A stretch of 64,000 bases of DNA from Yuukianura sp. NJ FZ-2021 (lineage: Eukaryota): contig CM102284.1 of assembly GCA_046563655.1 (NCBI GenBank), forward strand, positions 6,572,001 to 6,636,000, given 5' to 3'. The notes below the pieces were generated by a model. It had not been told where the DNA came from. It worked only from the letters and a program-made list of their open reading frames with translations, and did not search any database. This document shows, in pieces, positions 36,903 through 51,900 of this stretch; the first letter of the stretch is position 1; each line of letters starts with the position of its first letter. Made by a program: the position numbers and the translations under genes.

Positions 36903-39900
36903 CTACTCCGTCTTCTCACGAAGAATTCGGATTTTGACACTTCCGTCTGAACCACACGAGAAGAGTCTGCGTCTCGTATCGAGCGTCAGTTGCGTCACCC
37001 CTTGACCCGGAATATTTTTAAAAAAGCCTGACCTTGAATGTTCGTTGGGGAAAACAGCTCGTGACTTTCCAGAAAAATCCCAAACCCGAATATCTCCGTC
37101 GGCTGAGCCAGTACAGAAGAATTCTTCAGAAGGATCCAGGGCCATACACTTAATCGCTGCCTCGTGACCTACAAATTCAAAAACAACAAATTCATCAAGC
37201 TCAAGTCAACTTTTCGTTCATAAATCTTCCCTTTTTTGACATTTCTTCAAGTACTTTTGTTACTTTAGCGGCTTAAAACGCTTAAACTTTTTTTCTTAGT
37301 CTGCGTGTTCATGCTGTGTCCTAATTTTAATTTGTAATTAAAACTTTCCCTTTGGTTTCATCTGTCACAAAAAAAAATGTGTTATTCTACCCCTCAGAAA
37401 CGTTTGGTCGTCTACTGTATTTTTTGCTTTTGAAAAGTTATAGCACCACAAATGACGCAAATGGAATAAATTAGTAAAAAACCACATTGACCAACCAATA
37501 TGACCCGTACCCACTACTGCTCAACACTAGCAACATCGCAAGGTGTTTCCAAAAAGACAGAAAAAATGTGCAAATTAAATGAGTCGACGAAAGGAAAAAT
37601 GGAATCAACAACTGCAAAAAAAAATACTTTTCCCAAATGTTAAATTACTAATTGCGAAAATGACGCTGTACTGTAGAGCTCGTACCTTGAAATCTGTGAC
37701 GCAGCGCTCGTTGTCTCACGTCCCAAATGCAAATTGCACCTTTCTTTCCAGCTGAAATCAAGCATTGATGTTCCTCTGCATAGCCCAGGGCCACACATCC
37801 CTTCAAAACCAAAAATTCACAATTTAGTAACCAAAAAACTTCGTTTTTAAAACTAAATCCCTAGAAAAACAAACAAAAAACAAGTTAGTATAACCAAAAA
37901 ACTTCGTTTTTAAAACTAAAAAAAAAAAGTCCTTGAATTGACTTACAGAAAAGCAGACACGTTTAATCCGCAATTAATTAGCAAACAATGAAAGTACTAC
38001 TAATCAGCATTTCCAATTACTCACCTGCTCGTGACAGTTGAAAGCGGCAATTTGTGCTTTCTTCATTGGCATAAGCGTGTCCCACATCGCAACATTCTTG
38101 GAGTCTGCGCTCATTCCAGCCGTGGCAATGAGACTCGAACTTCCCAAAAACACAAAATCGCCCATTTGCTTGCTATGGCAGGACGCCGTCTAGTTAAAAT
38201 TGGATTAAATTTTGCACAAAATCATAGTCAATAAAAATTAGTTAATAGTGACATACGCTCCAGTTTTGAAAAACTACTTTCAAAAACTAAACTTACAAAA
38301 TATGGTCTAGGATTGCTAGCTCCAATTTGCCAGAGGCTGAGACGACCATCACCATCCGCAACTCCGAATTTGTTTCCATGAAATCGGATCCGCGTTACTT
38401 TTGCAAAAGTTCCTGACGGTCTAGCAACAGCAACGGGCTGTGCATGAGAAAATTCCCAAAGTCGTACTGATCCATCCTGACTTCCAGAAAGATCTGAAAA
38501 TAACACCAATTCAGCAATGAATTAGCAATATATAGTAAGCAATCAGCAATCTTAGTGAATTATCAGGAAAATACTTCAGAACTCAGCTACTTACATAACG
38601 GCAATGACGCATGAGAGGCCATTCGACGTACTCCGTCGACGCGATGCTTCAAAATCTTAAAAACAAAAACAAAGTACAGAGTTAGCAGCATATCAAGACA
38701 AAAATTTTCAATACTTTTGAAAGAAAAATAGAACAAAGCTTAACAAAAATTGTATACCGACGCTAAAAATAGTGATTTGAAACTAAAATAATAATTCAGC
38801 ACACTCAAGTGCTGCCAAATTGCAACTCAAGAAGACGAGGAGGTCAAGCTAGACAAGTGCCTCACCGGAACCAATAGTCTCCGTGACCTGTCCAAGACGT
38901 GCTGTACAAAGGACGGGTTCGTACATCCAGCAAAATTGACCCCCTTAATCTTTTGCAATGTCAATGTGAGACACAAGGCGGGTTTGAAAACAGGAAAATT
39001 ACAGTTTCAAAAAACGAATTTTCATAGCATTTTGTAGCAAATTCTCTTTTCAAAAAACTTTAAACCACAGCACTAAAATGTTCGAAAAATCAAACTTCTT
39101 ACCAGTGAATGACTTCCTTTTGCTGGTTTCTCCAAGTGCGAGGCATATGATCGATCCGATGGACTTTGAACAACAAGATAGGAAGATGTTGACAGCGTCT
39201 CAGGATCCCTGAAGCACAAAACTTGTTTAAAAATCACACTTCAGTACTTAACTTCAATTTTCCATTGATCGTTTTACTCACTTGTAAAGATTTAGCAGGT
39301 CGAATTCAAATTGATCTTCGAACTTCCAGGATTCCATGTCCAACAGAATCCCGACATCCAACTCTTGAATTTCCTTGGGCGTTGAGATTGCAATCAGACT
39401 TGGATTTGCCTTAAAAACAAAGCAAAAATCCTGTTTTGATTAAAAATTTTACAATTAAAAAATCAACTAAATCCAGTTCGCCGTTTGTTTCAAACCTGGT
39501 TGATGCAAAAGGCAGAAATGGATTCGTGTTCCTTATGGACAATTCTGACAGGCCCCATCATAGATCCATCATACTCTGGCTCTTCGTCTTTCTCTTCTTT
39601 TCCCCCTTTGACCTTGCCAGTTCCGTCGATTTTCACGCAGTTCCCCTCCCAAAGCGATAGAGTATCTTCAGCCCGCTTTTTACCAAACACAAAGCGGATG
39701 AACAGATCTTGTACACTGTCTTCTCGGACTAAATAGTTCCATAGTCGTCTCTGTCCAAAAGTTGCTTTCTTCAATCTGGACAACAACAAAATCAATCCGT
39801 AAAATCAATTTTATACAAAGTTTAAACACTTTTTTGAACAAAATATCTTACAGGAACGGAGTATTTGTTGGCTCTAAAAGTGCTCTGTACTTGTGTATCG

Positions 39901-42900
39901 CCGGTCCAGTGACAGACTCCACTGAAGAATTACTCAAGTAATTCGTAGGCGGTGGAGCCAAGGCTTCCAGTTCCTTGTAAACTCGACTTTGCCAAACTTG
40001 CAAAACGCGAATCACTCCATCCAAATATGGACTTGTATGAGAAAGTTCTGAATTCATGCAAAACCATCAACAAAAGTTAGACGTTGTTCAAAAATAAAAG
40101 CATCATTTGACGCACCCATGCAATGCATAAGATGAAGATTACTGACAACCCATTGTTGCTGAAAAAGCTTACCTGACATTTCGATTCCCGCAATATTCGC
40201 TATCCTCTTCAGCTCAGCCTTGGCCAATTTAATAGCTGCAAGGCGCATGAGCCGCCAAGAGTATGAAAACGGATCATCTTCCTTATTTTCAACTTGGGTG
40301 ACCTTCGGCTTCGTATCCCAAAAATCATCGTCATCATCTTCCTCTTCATGCTCTTCTTCCAATTCTTCTTCTTCATCATCCGAATCTAGGAAAATTAGTT
40401 TCCCATCAGATTCATCCAGTCGAGGTTTAGGTTTTGACATTAAGTATGAGTAAATAGACGTCTCCGGTGGGACAAACTTTTCTCGAAAAGTGGGACGCTC
40501 TTCCTGTAAATCCAAAATCAAAGTAAGATTGGAGGGCTATTGCTTGTATAAAGTATAAATTGAAGAGACAGATATAAAGACAGAGACAAGTATAAATTGA
40601 AAAGTGAAAAGATTTTGGTCACCTGAAAACTGACCTTCATCAGAGGGGTAGACGGAGTTCTAGGACTGGTTAAATTAAACTGCTGCCCCAACAATTTCAT
40701 GTTGAACTTCATCCTGGCTTTGTTCAGACTGGCCAATGTCGTCCAAACGGTAGAAGGTGAAGTGTCTCCTTCTTTATCTGACGACGATCCACCATGACTG
40801 TGAGGCTATTTCACAAATAAATGGCAAGCAGCATGAAAACTCCACTTTCAAAAAATCTTCAGCTCGCCTTCAAGTTTTTGCTTACATGGAGTTGATGCAT
40901 CGCTGAAATCTTGATTTGTCTTTTGCATCCCCCGCCAAAAATGCTTGCAAATGCTTGTGCATCCATTTTCTTTGCAAGTATCCTATAAACTGCTTTGGAA
41001 TCACAGACTGCCATGCAGTGGACAAAAAGGCTAATAAACACCGCCGCGTAGCACTCGATCAACAAAAATTTAAGTCTTGGGCCATCACCATCTTCCTCTC
41101 GCGACAGCATTCCACGCAGAATTGCAACGCCTGTGAACAGTGAAAATTCGTTATGAAAACGTCCTTGTAACTACAAAGTTAAAAATGTTACATACCTGGC
41201 CATTTATCTGGAGTCGAAATGACTTGATTCGCCGATTGTCCATCGATTCCAATGCTGCTCCATCTTCTTCGTCTCTGCGAATAAAGTAACTGAACGCCTG
41301 GATCAGATCTTGTATTTTCATTTCCTTCTGAGTCACTAAGTGACTGGAACAGACACGCAGACAGAGCAATTCCAGAATCCCGCAGAACAAGAATCAATCT
41401 CCAGTCACATGCTACTGAACTCAATTCTTCTCGCAGTACATGTGGTGTCACATCCCCATCTTTAGTTTTCTTCCCATTGTCAGGCATATCATCATCACCT
41501 TCTTCCTTGTCATCCTCATCCTCATCAATTGTTACTTCAATTTTTCCAGACAGTTCTCTCTCGCTTTCATTGGATCGGATACCATTTGGAATTCGGGGTG
41601 ACGGAGGAGCCGCATCGCTTTTCGAGGTTCGTCCATTTTTCAGTGTCGTGTCATCCGAAGACAATGTCACCGTTTTAGTTCCTTCCGCTTCAGTGACAGT
41701 TTCAACTCTAAGGACTGCGACAGCAATGAGTTCAGAAACTGTCTGGAGAATATCACGAGCAGATGAGAGAATGTAGGAGACGGCTCCCTTGTTAGGATTA
41801 GCCACGGCCGATAGCAGAGGAAATTCGGAATGCAGAAGAGGAAGTGGAGAATGCAGCGGCGGTCCAGTACCACTGGCCACTTTTTCTTTCTGGAGTTCAT
41901 CCATCAAAAATACAAGTTCAATGTGGACTGGTGCTAAGGAATGAGCATGGAGTCGGGCAAAGGCCAGTAGGGTTGCCAGGAGATGACGATTTGCTCGGAG
42001 CCAGCGACTCCTTCGAAACAAAACGCCCATTTTCCATTCCAAATCCAACTTTTCAGATAGGAGAATGTCATGAAGTCCACTTCCTTGGGCGTCAAATCTT
42101 GGTGTCATGCTTCTAGGAAAAAATGAACAAATATTTGATTAAAACCAACGCTTTTGTAAACTTTGTCCGAAAAAACTAAAAAACGTTTACCTTTCCCGCA
42201 TATTCCACTCTTCCTGGGTCAAATCATCATCATCACTTTTGTAACGACACAGTTCATGTAGCGTTGGAACTTGTTTTTCGAGCCAAGCGTACAAATGGAG
42301 ACGAAGATCTGTTCCTTCAATTTGTCCCACCATGTGAACCAGTTCTTCTGACATCAACTTCAAACACGATGCCATCTTCAGTTCAGTTGAAATCATCGTA
42401 TGTGGACTGTTCATATTTTCATCTTCGTCGTATTCATCTGGCAAAACTTCACTTTCTTCTTTGGACAAAGTTTTCTTCGAGATACTCTTCTGAGTAACTA
42501 GTTTTGGATTGGCAGTTTTGGCAGGTTCTTCCTCTTCATCTTCCGTCGTGTGTTCATCTTCATCCCATTCTAGTGTCAAAACTTCATCTTCTTGGGCCAG
42601 TTTCGATCCAAGCGCAGGATTGCTCCAATCAAAGTCATGAACAGAATCTCCTGAACAAAAACAAATCAGATTTTAGTGAAACTTTTTTTTTCAGGAAGAG
42701 GAAACGATTGGGAATGACATGAAAAGTGAAAAGGAAGAAAACAATTTTAGAATGTTCATACTAAAATATGCAATTTAGTAGAGTGGCTTACGTTTATCAC
42801 TGAGGAAATGCGGATGATCCTTTATAGAAACAGATTTCTCACTTCCCCAACGCTGATTATCATCTTGCTCAAAAATTCCGGATTCAATTCTCTTGTCATT

Positions 42901-45900
42901 CTTGGTAGATTTAGGCGAACCACTACTTTTAACAGGACTGCCAACAAGGCTCATCGGTTTGCTGTGAGCTTGCACAATCTTCGGCAGTTGTGTGAGAACA
43001 TGAATCGCTAAAATCGGACATCCAACAGCATAATGTTCATGGGCCGTTTGATAGTACAAGTTCCTCTCTTGGTAGCTAAGTTCCAGAGTCCCCTTGGACT
43101 TATTTTGTCGCACAAGAAGCGGATGTGTTCGCAGGAAGATGTAAAAGTTGAAAACCCTCGACGAAACCTTGGAACCCAGCATTGTATTTAAACTTCCTTG
43201 GTAATCTTTCAGCAACCATAGAGCAATTGAGCGAAGGAACGGATCGTCATCTTCTTCATCTCGCGGATTCAAAACTTCCTGCAAATCACACAACACATGA
43301 AACTTCAAATCAAACATCAGTCTATTAAAACTGAATATTCAAAGATAAGTGACTTACGTTTTGTAACAGTAGTTTCACTGAGGGCGGAGTTGGATCCAAG
43401 TCGCCTCCGTCGTATAGTCGAGCTACAACCAGTGCTAGTTGGATATCCTTCAACTTTGACAGACAAACCTCCAAGGCATCCTTGAGGCTTCCAGCCAGTA
43501 AGAAGAAAGCTGCCGCATGTTCAAATCGCTGTTTCCCTAGTAGAGCATAAGCATTCTTCAGCGCCGCTTTTCTCCAGCGCTCCTCTCCGAAATCATTGGC
43601 AAAGAAAGCTGCCATTTTTTCATCACGTCGAGCACGATACAGTCCCCACAGAAGTTGTTTTTTCTTCATTGCCAAATAAAATATCGCAGCGTCCATTGGG
43701 TCACTGCCCTTCTGGAAGGCAAATTTTCCCATCTTCTCCATACATACTCGCAGCGCCTGGTTGTTCCGAAGCCACCATCCAGCACCTAGTAAAAAAAAGT
43801 TAATAAATTCAGTATTTTGCATAAAGCAAACACAAGTTTTTAAGTACATCGCTGAACTATGAACGTGTAACAACATACCTAATTCACGCATCTGAGGCCA
43901 AGTCAGTTCTCCCTTCTGATAGGCCGGGATTAAGTTTAAAATATCTTCCTGAGATTCAGAATGAAACGCCCACACAATATCAGATGTAGAGATTCCAGTT
44001 TTTTGGAGAGCCACTCGTTGGGCTGGCGGTAAGCATCGCATCAAGTAGCTATAATGCTTCACAACTAACAAGAACCGGAGACCACAGTCGTCCAAGGAAT
44101 CTGTATTTTGGGAAAAAAACAACAAGAAATCTCTGAATCCTAAACCCTAGAAACCCTCCAGGTTTATTAATGTTTCAACTGTATTAATCTGGATATAAAC
44201 TTGAGCTAACAAATCAGTCGTCGCAAATAATTGTTACCTGGCGTTCCGTCGTGCATTGACTTCTGAATGACTTCAGCATTGTGGTCTAATCTGGTCCCAA
44301 TGGAGGCCACAGTGTCTGCAACGGCTAGAAGGTGCATCTGGTCCAGTGCTGTTAGGCCTGGCAATTGAGCATGCGTCAACACTCGAGACAAAATCCGAGC
44401 CTGTCGCATTCCAAATTGAAGCGGTTGGTTGTCACCGCTAGTTGATCTTCGTCTCTGTTTATGAACAGGACCATTTTCATTTTCATCTTCATCCAAGTAC
44501 TCATCAAACACAGATTCGTCAATCTGATCTTCAACTTGAATATCGTTGAACAACTCGTTGTAGTCCTTCTGGAAAAAAATATCATAGATAATTTTTAACT
44601 TTGTTACTCAAGTAGCTTCTTTTTCAAGAAAATTTTTACCGATTTTTCTTCTGACGGACCCTGGCCCTGGTCATTGTCAGCATGAAGCAGCATCCACAGC
44701 GGAACTGGTGGAATTGACTTAATTTCGGCGTAGTTGAGGTTAAGATCTTCAGGAGCAACGACAATGGAATTCCTGTGCTCAAGTGGACTTGGTGGTGTTG
44801 GCCCTGATGGAAACGTGACAGAGAGTGTTCTGGACCGTGACCAGCTTCGTTGCCTTTCTTCGTCTCGTTGTATGGAAGACTGTCGCTTCAGTCCACCCCC
44901 TCCACTTCCATACATCACGCTGCAAGCAAACAAGTGAAACATCCAAGAATGCTACAAATCTGAAGAAGTTGTGAAAAATCTCAGCGATGCTTACCGAACT
45001 AAGTGAGCCAAGATGACCTTGACCCATCGAACTTTTCCGCAGTTGAGTAGTTCCATTAACTGCTTAGGATGAAATTGAGGTAGAACTGGGAAGCAGTGTC
45101 TTGTATATTCAAAAATTCCAACACTTCCGGAGAGCAAGGAGAGTTCAATGTGGGGTTTGTTGGGCTGATCCTTGAGGCCAGACTTGGCTAGCAGCGTCGC
45201 TGGAATTAACGCATCCTAAAAAACGTCAAAATTGTGCGGTTTAGCAGCACTCCAGTATTTCCAACTAACATTCTAAAAATTCTAACCGTGAGATTCTCCA
45301 GTGTCCATTGCGAGTATACTTGCATTTCATTTCGCATTGCCACAACGCATACAGCGTGAATCCAACCAAATCGTACTGGAAACGGATGCAGTCCATCTGC
45401 AGAGCTAAGTTTGAATGCATGGAGAGGCAGCCAGTACTGAGATTTACATTTTGAGGCAGAAGGGAGCGGCTTAGCACCAAACGTTACTGTGGGACTACTG
45501 CTCACATGAGCAAACAGGCAGACCTGTAATAAAAATGTACATTGAAATTAACCAAAATTACTTAATTAATTGAACAATTAATGAGAAAGTAGTCAATTAC
45601 TTACCATATCGGACACTGCGAGTGCCAGGATATGTTGTGCGTCATGCTTCGGCACCCATTCCAAATGGACATCATCCACGTCGTCATCCGTCTTCAATTC
45701 TATCGTATCTTCCAGCAACCATTCCGTCCCTACAAAAACATAAATTTTCAAAATCAAAATTTCATCAAAAATCTACAACCAACATTTTATCTTCGAAATG
45801 TGAATTAAATTGTGCAACTTACCACCCGTCGATTCACATTCGTACACCGTAACAGCACATGAGTATCGTTCATCAACTGCTGTTTGTGAGTACAGGTCGC

Positions 45901-48900
45901 CTTTCTTCTGCAGAACATCGTTCTTAGTCTGTTCTCCTTTTCCCAATTTGTAAACACAAGCGATCCGACCACTATAGGCAGCGCTGGCCTGTAACAGTGC
46001 TCCTTTATTCTCTGCCTTGAGAGTATTCCATTCGTGGAATTCAACAGTCTGGTCCTCTGGATCTTTTTGAAGCCTCCAAACCTTGACACAGTCCACCGAC
46101 GTTCCAATGAGACCATAGGAGCTTCCACAGACAAAATGTCCAGTACATGCCGAGAAACTGTTGATTTGAACTTCTTCCCAAAGGACTTGGACTAGAATTT
46201 TCTCAATCTTGATGCTAAGAAAGGCTTTCTTCTTTCCATCATCTCCTCCTGTGGAAATGTAATTCGGATGTACATGGGAATTCAGTTTCGAATGTCCTGA
46301 TGCTGGATAGTCAAGAATTGGAAGAGTACCGGCCGGTCCATCGGGTTCTGGAGACGTAGGAACACTGTCACAGTTGAAATGTCCATGTTCATTAGCATCC
46401 ATTTGAGAACAAGGCGTTGAGATCTCCATTCTCCAAACATGGACGCGATTACGGTTTTGAATTAATACGACATGAAATGATTCACGATAGTCCAAGTGAC
46501 CTCTGTCGATGGGTTCCAATGTATCTCGAAATACTTGAATAAAATCCACTTCTCCGTAGCTCTATAACAAATAAAAAGTGTTGTTAACAATGTTTCTAAA
46601 AAACTTTTCAGAAAGTTCATATTTTTGAAAAAGTACTTCGCTTGCGATACGATCCAGTTGAAGAATGCATCCTGGTCTTGAGGTTGACTGTTGACTGACA
46701 ATTGCGAAGAGATCTGGATCTCCCGTTTCTGTTTCAATGGCACCATGAATGGATGACAAGGAACTTGAGGAAGAAAGGCTAACAACCGAATCCTGCCAGC
46801 ACAACAAAAAGTTAACACTAAAATGTTGTTAAAATTAAAAAATTAACAGGTTGAATTTGATAACTTACATTGAGCGAAGCCTTCCGTTTCCGATAGGCTG
46901 TCGAAATCTCTGCGATGAGATTTGTAGCGTCCAGTACGGCTTGGTAGACTCGCAGACTAGATCCATCGGAGGACACAAAACAGCCAGAATTGGAGAACAG
47001 AGACGTACTGGGCAAAAGTCCTGGAACCCAGGCGACATGTGGGAATGCATGAATTTCAGTTGAATTGATTCTGGCAATTTCGACAACTCCTCCAGACTTG
47101 CAAAGGGGACCAATCGGATCCACTCTCCATAAAATCAGTTCTGAACAGTAGTTTTGTTGTTTATGGCTATCCTCTTCTACGTCTGAATGGTAGGCATGAC
47201 TAGCAGCGGTGAGAACAAGAGGCAGAACAGGATGGCACGCCATTTCACGGACCTAAAACCAAATAATACAAGCATGACATTCAGTATTCTTGAAATACTT
47301 GGCAGTGTTAGAAATTTTGAAAAATGTCTCACTTGAAAACGATGTCCAGAAGCTCGTTTGGTATGAGCAACACTCATCACATTACAGAATTTGGAATCAT
47401 CTCCAAAGGAAAGCGTCCAGAGGTTGAGCGTTCCATTATGATGCTTGGTCATCATGGAGGCTCTGTTCGAAGCCAACTTTTCGAGCGGAAACAAGTACAG
47501 GTTTGGACTAGACATGCTCGTCGCATCAGCCAGCGGAATGGCTCCAGGAATACACGACGAAAAGGAGATTTGAGGTTGACGGAAACAGCCTGGCATGTAC
47601 TCATCCAGCCACTCCACGGACCAAACCAGGAAGGATCCATCAATTGGGTGGAGTGAGACGAGAACGTCCGGAGTACGATGCCAGTCCTTGAGCAATGCTT
47701 CTAATTTCTGATCAAAAATGTCCACGCTCTGTGGAAACTGCATGTCGCCGAAAGAGCCCGAAGAGGCTGTCGATCCCAGCGAAGATGGTTGTGTACTCTC
47801 ATCCCCGCCTAAACTCTCTGGTTGCGACATTGACCTTGGCATTCCTGCGTCCATATTGTCCAAAGATGTGTCCCTCTCCATTCCTTTTCGGCACAGATCT
47901 TGCAAAATGGCTTCTGCCTGTTGCGTAAAGAACATTTCCTTGTTGTTGATCCAGAAGATTCTGAAGTTGTGGTGCTTGAGTGGTGGAACCAATGGAATGT
48001 CTGTCTCAGCATTGATGCTTCCAGCCAAATGGAAGTGGACACAAGCTCCATGGTTGACCAACATGGAATGTGAGTGAGAAAAATCCATCACTGCTGAGTA
48101 CGGATGGAGTCCGAGAATTGGTAAGGAGGTATTCAGTGGTAATGGAAAGGCAGCCGTAATGGAGTGGGTATTTTCTTTATGGCGACTTTTCTTCAAGTGA
48201 AAGCAGGCCCTGAAAAAATTCAACAAAAATCATCCATTAGTTAAAAATTTTCACTTCCAAAAAAATTTATCGCAAAATCAACAATTTAGACCAATATTGC
48301 GAATTGAAAATCGTATGTTTGAGTTATTCGGCCTTCTTAAATTATTAAAGTTATAACTCGAATCATCAAGTTTACTACATCTGTCAAACAATCGTACCGA
48401 AACCTTGCAAAATTTATGATGCATGACGCATTTGGCCCATTAGATATACCAGCGAAGAGATCAAACGGAGACAGAGTGCGGAAATCCAAATCTAGCCTTA
48501 CTTTCTTCTCAGCTGTGGAAGGGCACGGACAGAAGTTAGCGGGCGGTTCCCGAATTACTAATTTGTTTACCATTTTCAGGTGAATCTAATTTACCAAACC
48601 GCTGAACGAATTAGTCAAGATTCTCCGCCCAGCTACAGCTCGGTTATTTGCAATGGCTGCCACCACCAAGCCAGTTATTACAGAAGCCACCAGCAAACAC
48701 ACGGCTACCGTAAGTTTAATTAAAATCTCAAGTCGTATTGTCATCTCGTCAGTGCCAAATTGAAAAACAAATCTACTTTTTAATTTGATTTTTAGATCAT
48801 CTTCTTGCATGGACTTGGTGACACTGGGTAAATTATTTAGTAATTCCTAGGATCTACAATGGTTACAAATTATAGATCACCTGAGACTACGTATGGACTA

Positions 48901-51900
48901 ACCCTGACCTCGGAATCGTTTCACTAAATTCCTTTTTTTTTGTCATTCAGGCACGGCTGGTCCGAAGAACTTCAAACACTGAAACCAAGCTATGCTAAAC
49001 TCATATGTCCAACAGCGTAAGCCTCGTGATATGGACGATTTAGCACTTTCGCGTACTAATTACAGCTCTTAAACTATAAATTTACAGACCGATAGCCCCA
49101 GTTACAATTAACAACGGAATGAGGATGCCATCTTGGTTCGACATCCGCTCTTTGGACAAGAATGACAAAAACCAGGACGTCCAAGGCGTGAAGCAGTCTT
49201 CCGCCGCCATCGTCCAAATGATTCAATCAGAGGTAAAGAAAAAAACCAGGCAACTACCGGGTAATTCAACCCGTGAATTTAACCAATCTGTTAATTGTTT
49301 CTGATTTCAATTGAAACAGATCGATGGAGTGGATGGGAAACCAGGGATCCCTGCCTCTCGAATAGTTCTCGGTGGATTCAGTCAAGGAGGAGCCCTAGCA
49401 CTGTACACTGGTCTCATGGGTCCAGTTGCACTTGGAGGAATTATAACACTCTCTGGATACCTACCAATTGCCGATACCATTTCATGGCAGAACATTCGCA
49501 AACCGAATGTCCTACAGTGTCACGGAGACATGGATTCGGTAGTACCAATTGCCTTTGGAGTACAGACATCCCAAGCGCTCAAAAAACATTACGGGGACTC
49601 TTCCGACTACAAGTTTTCAGTCTACCGTGGAATGGATCACTGCTCATGTGCCGAAGAACTAAGCGATGTCGAAGATTTCATCAAAAAAATCATTCCACCA
49701 CTGCCAGATGCCTAACTTCCGTTTTAAAAAACATTCATCACAAAAGTTGCAGCTCCGAGAATTTGCACAAATCCTTCAGACATAAACAATTGCAATAAAA
49801 TGTTACTACATTTTACGGACCGTTTTGATTTTTGACGTGAGAGCACAGACTTTTTGATTAGTACTTCAGAAAAATCTAAAAAACATGAGACTAAATGCAT
49901 TTTAAACTCATTCAATCTTAGAAATTCAAGATTCAGTGATGAGCCTACTCCCATCCTCATCTCTGGGTCCTGTTTTAGTCTCATTTTTACGCCGCTCAAA
50001 ATTTTCAACAGGATATTTTTCAATCTGCAAATTTTTCACTTGGTTTTTCTCGCCTCCTTGAATATATTTTTTTACAACCAGCGTTCAATTTACGCAAAAT
50101 TACAATTTGAAGTAACGTTTTGAATTTTTCGAGACAACTTCAAAAATTCATTCATCTGCTTTGCTTTCTAAATACTAACTGTACTTCTATTTCAGATTAC
50201 TTCCACTCATCAGCTGTTTGGATAACGGTACAACTGAACCACGCAGCAAAAAGAAAAGTAATCAGTGCACACCGAGATATGGGTTCAATAATCCTACCAG
50301 CAACTGCAAGACAAACCGCATCGGTAAATGCATCTTAAAGATTTTCTTAGAACAAGAACCTTATTATCAACCGATCTTTGTTTACAGATCATTTTTCTAC
50401 ATGGACTTGGCGATAGCGGGTACAGATTTCTAAAATCTCAAAACATCTACGAAGTATATCGTATATCGTGCTAGCTTACTTAAACTACAGCTGAAGAAAC
50501 TGATCACTTCTTTCCTGTTCTTCTTACAGTGCTAGTTGGGCGGAACTACTGCCAGCATTGGTCCCAGCTTATGCTAAACTAATCCTACCACATGCGTAAA
50601 GTTCAAATCTTTAGTTAAAGATCGCCTAAACTGTTTGATTTTGATGGATTGTGAATTTTATAGACCGGTCCGCCCTGTAACTCTGAATCAGGGCATACGA
50701 ATGCCTGCTTGGTTTGACCTCCGACCTATCGATCAACCGAAAGATGCCTTCGGTATCAAAATGGCTTCAGATCAAATTCAAGAACTGATTCAGCGAGAGG
50801 CTAGTCCAAAATCGAAGTTAAACTTAAGCTATACTAAGCAACTTAGAACTGAATCATTAAAATTAATCCTAATTCTTGGTTTCAGACAACACAAGGAATT
50901 CCAGAAAACCGGATCGTACTGGGTGGATTCAGTCAAGGGGGAGCACTGGCTCTATTCTCTGGCCTAACATTATCGACTCGTATCGCGGGAATACTAGCCT
51001 TGTCAACATGGATGCCCCTCCGTAATGAAATTCTATGGGAAGAGATTCAGAAACCAACGGTACTACAATGTCACGGGGATGAAGATGAAACGATTTCATT
51101 GGATAGTGCCTCCAAAACTGCCAAACATCTCCAGAAACACCTTCCATCCTACACATTCAAAGTCTACCCTGGACTGGATCACTCCATTTCTTCAAAAGAA
51201 GAAACAAAAGATATCTCTGACTTCTTGAAAACGGTGCTACCACCTGTACCAGCTAAGAATTCGGCCAAACCGTGACATGAGTTGTCATATCACCAAGGTC
51301 ACGCGCGCTGGACAAGAATAAGGAACAAATACTTACTTGACATGCTGAAGACGTTTCATGATTCGGTGTTTATGTGTTCGGTGGAATTTTAAGTCTGCTG
51401 GTTGCAACTCCCGATCGCGATTTACTCCTGTAGAGAAACTGTCTTCCGGCAATACTGTCTCTGTCCAAATCCGACATATTTTATCCAAGCAGCTTGTAAT
51501 CAGTGCGTTGAAGACAGCTCCCCTGTAATCAATACTTGTATAGATTCCGAAAAGAAATAACTTCAATAAAAATTTTCATAATATTGACAACTTGTTGACA
51601 TACTTTGGCATATACTTGCTGGTTTGCCTCCAGGAAAATCCAGTAACGGCCCTCGGATGGGCCAAGTAGACGAAATCGTAAGCAACCCCGTCGTTGTGGC
51701 TTATGAACTCTGAAAGTACAAAGTAAGCATCAATTTATAAGGTAAAGTATTGATTTCTAAAAATGAAATGATCACGTACTTGTTACTGGATACCACACTT
51801 TGACCAGACGATCAAACTTTCCAGCTGTGGCGAAAAGGCAGGAATCTGGAGAAAATGACAAAAAATGGACTTCAGTGGCTGTCGTACACTTCCAGATACA

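Noticed and set aside
37828-37920. 30-bp direct repeat taaccaaaaaacttcgtttttaaaactaaa, two copies
   Set aside because: Local intronic duplication with only two units; not CRISPR-like, and the genome is eukaryotic.
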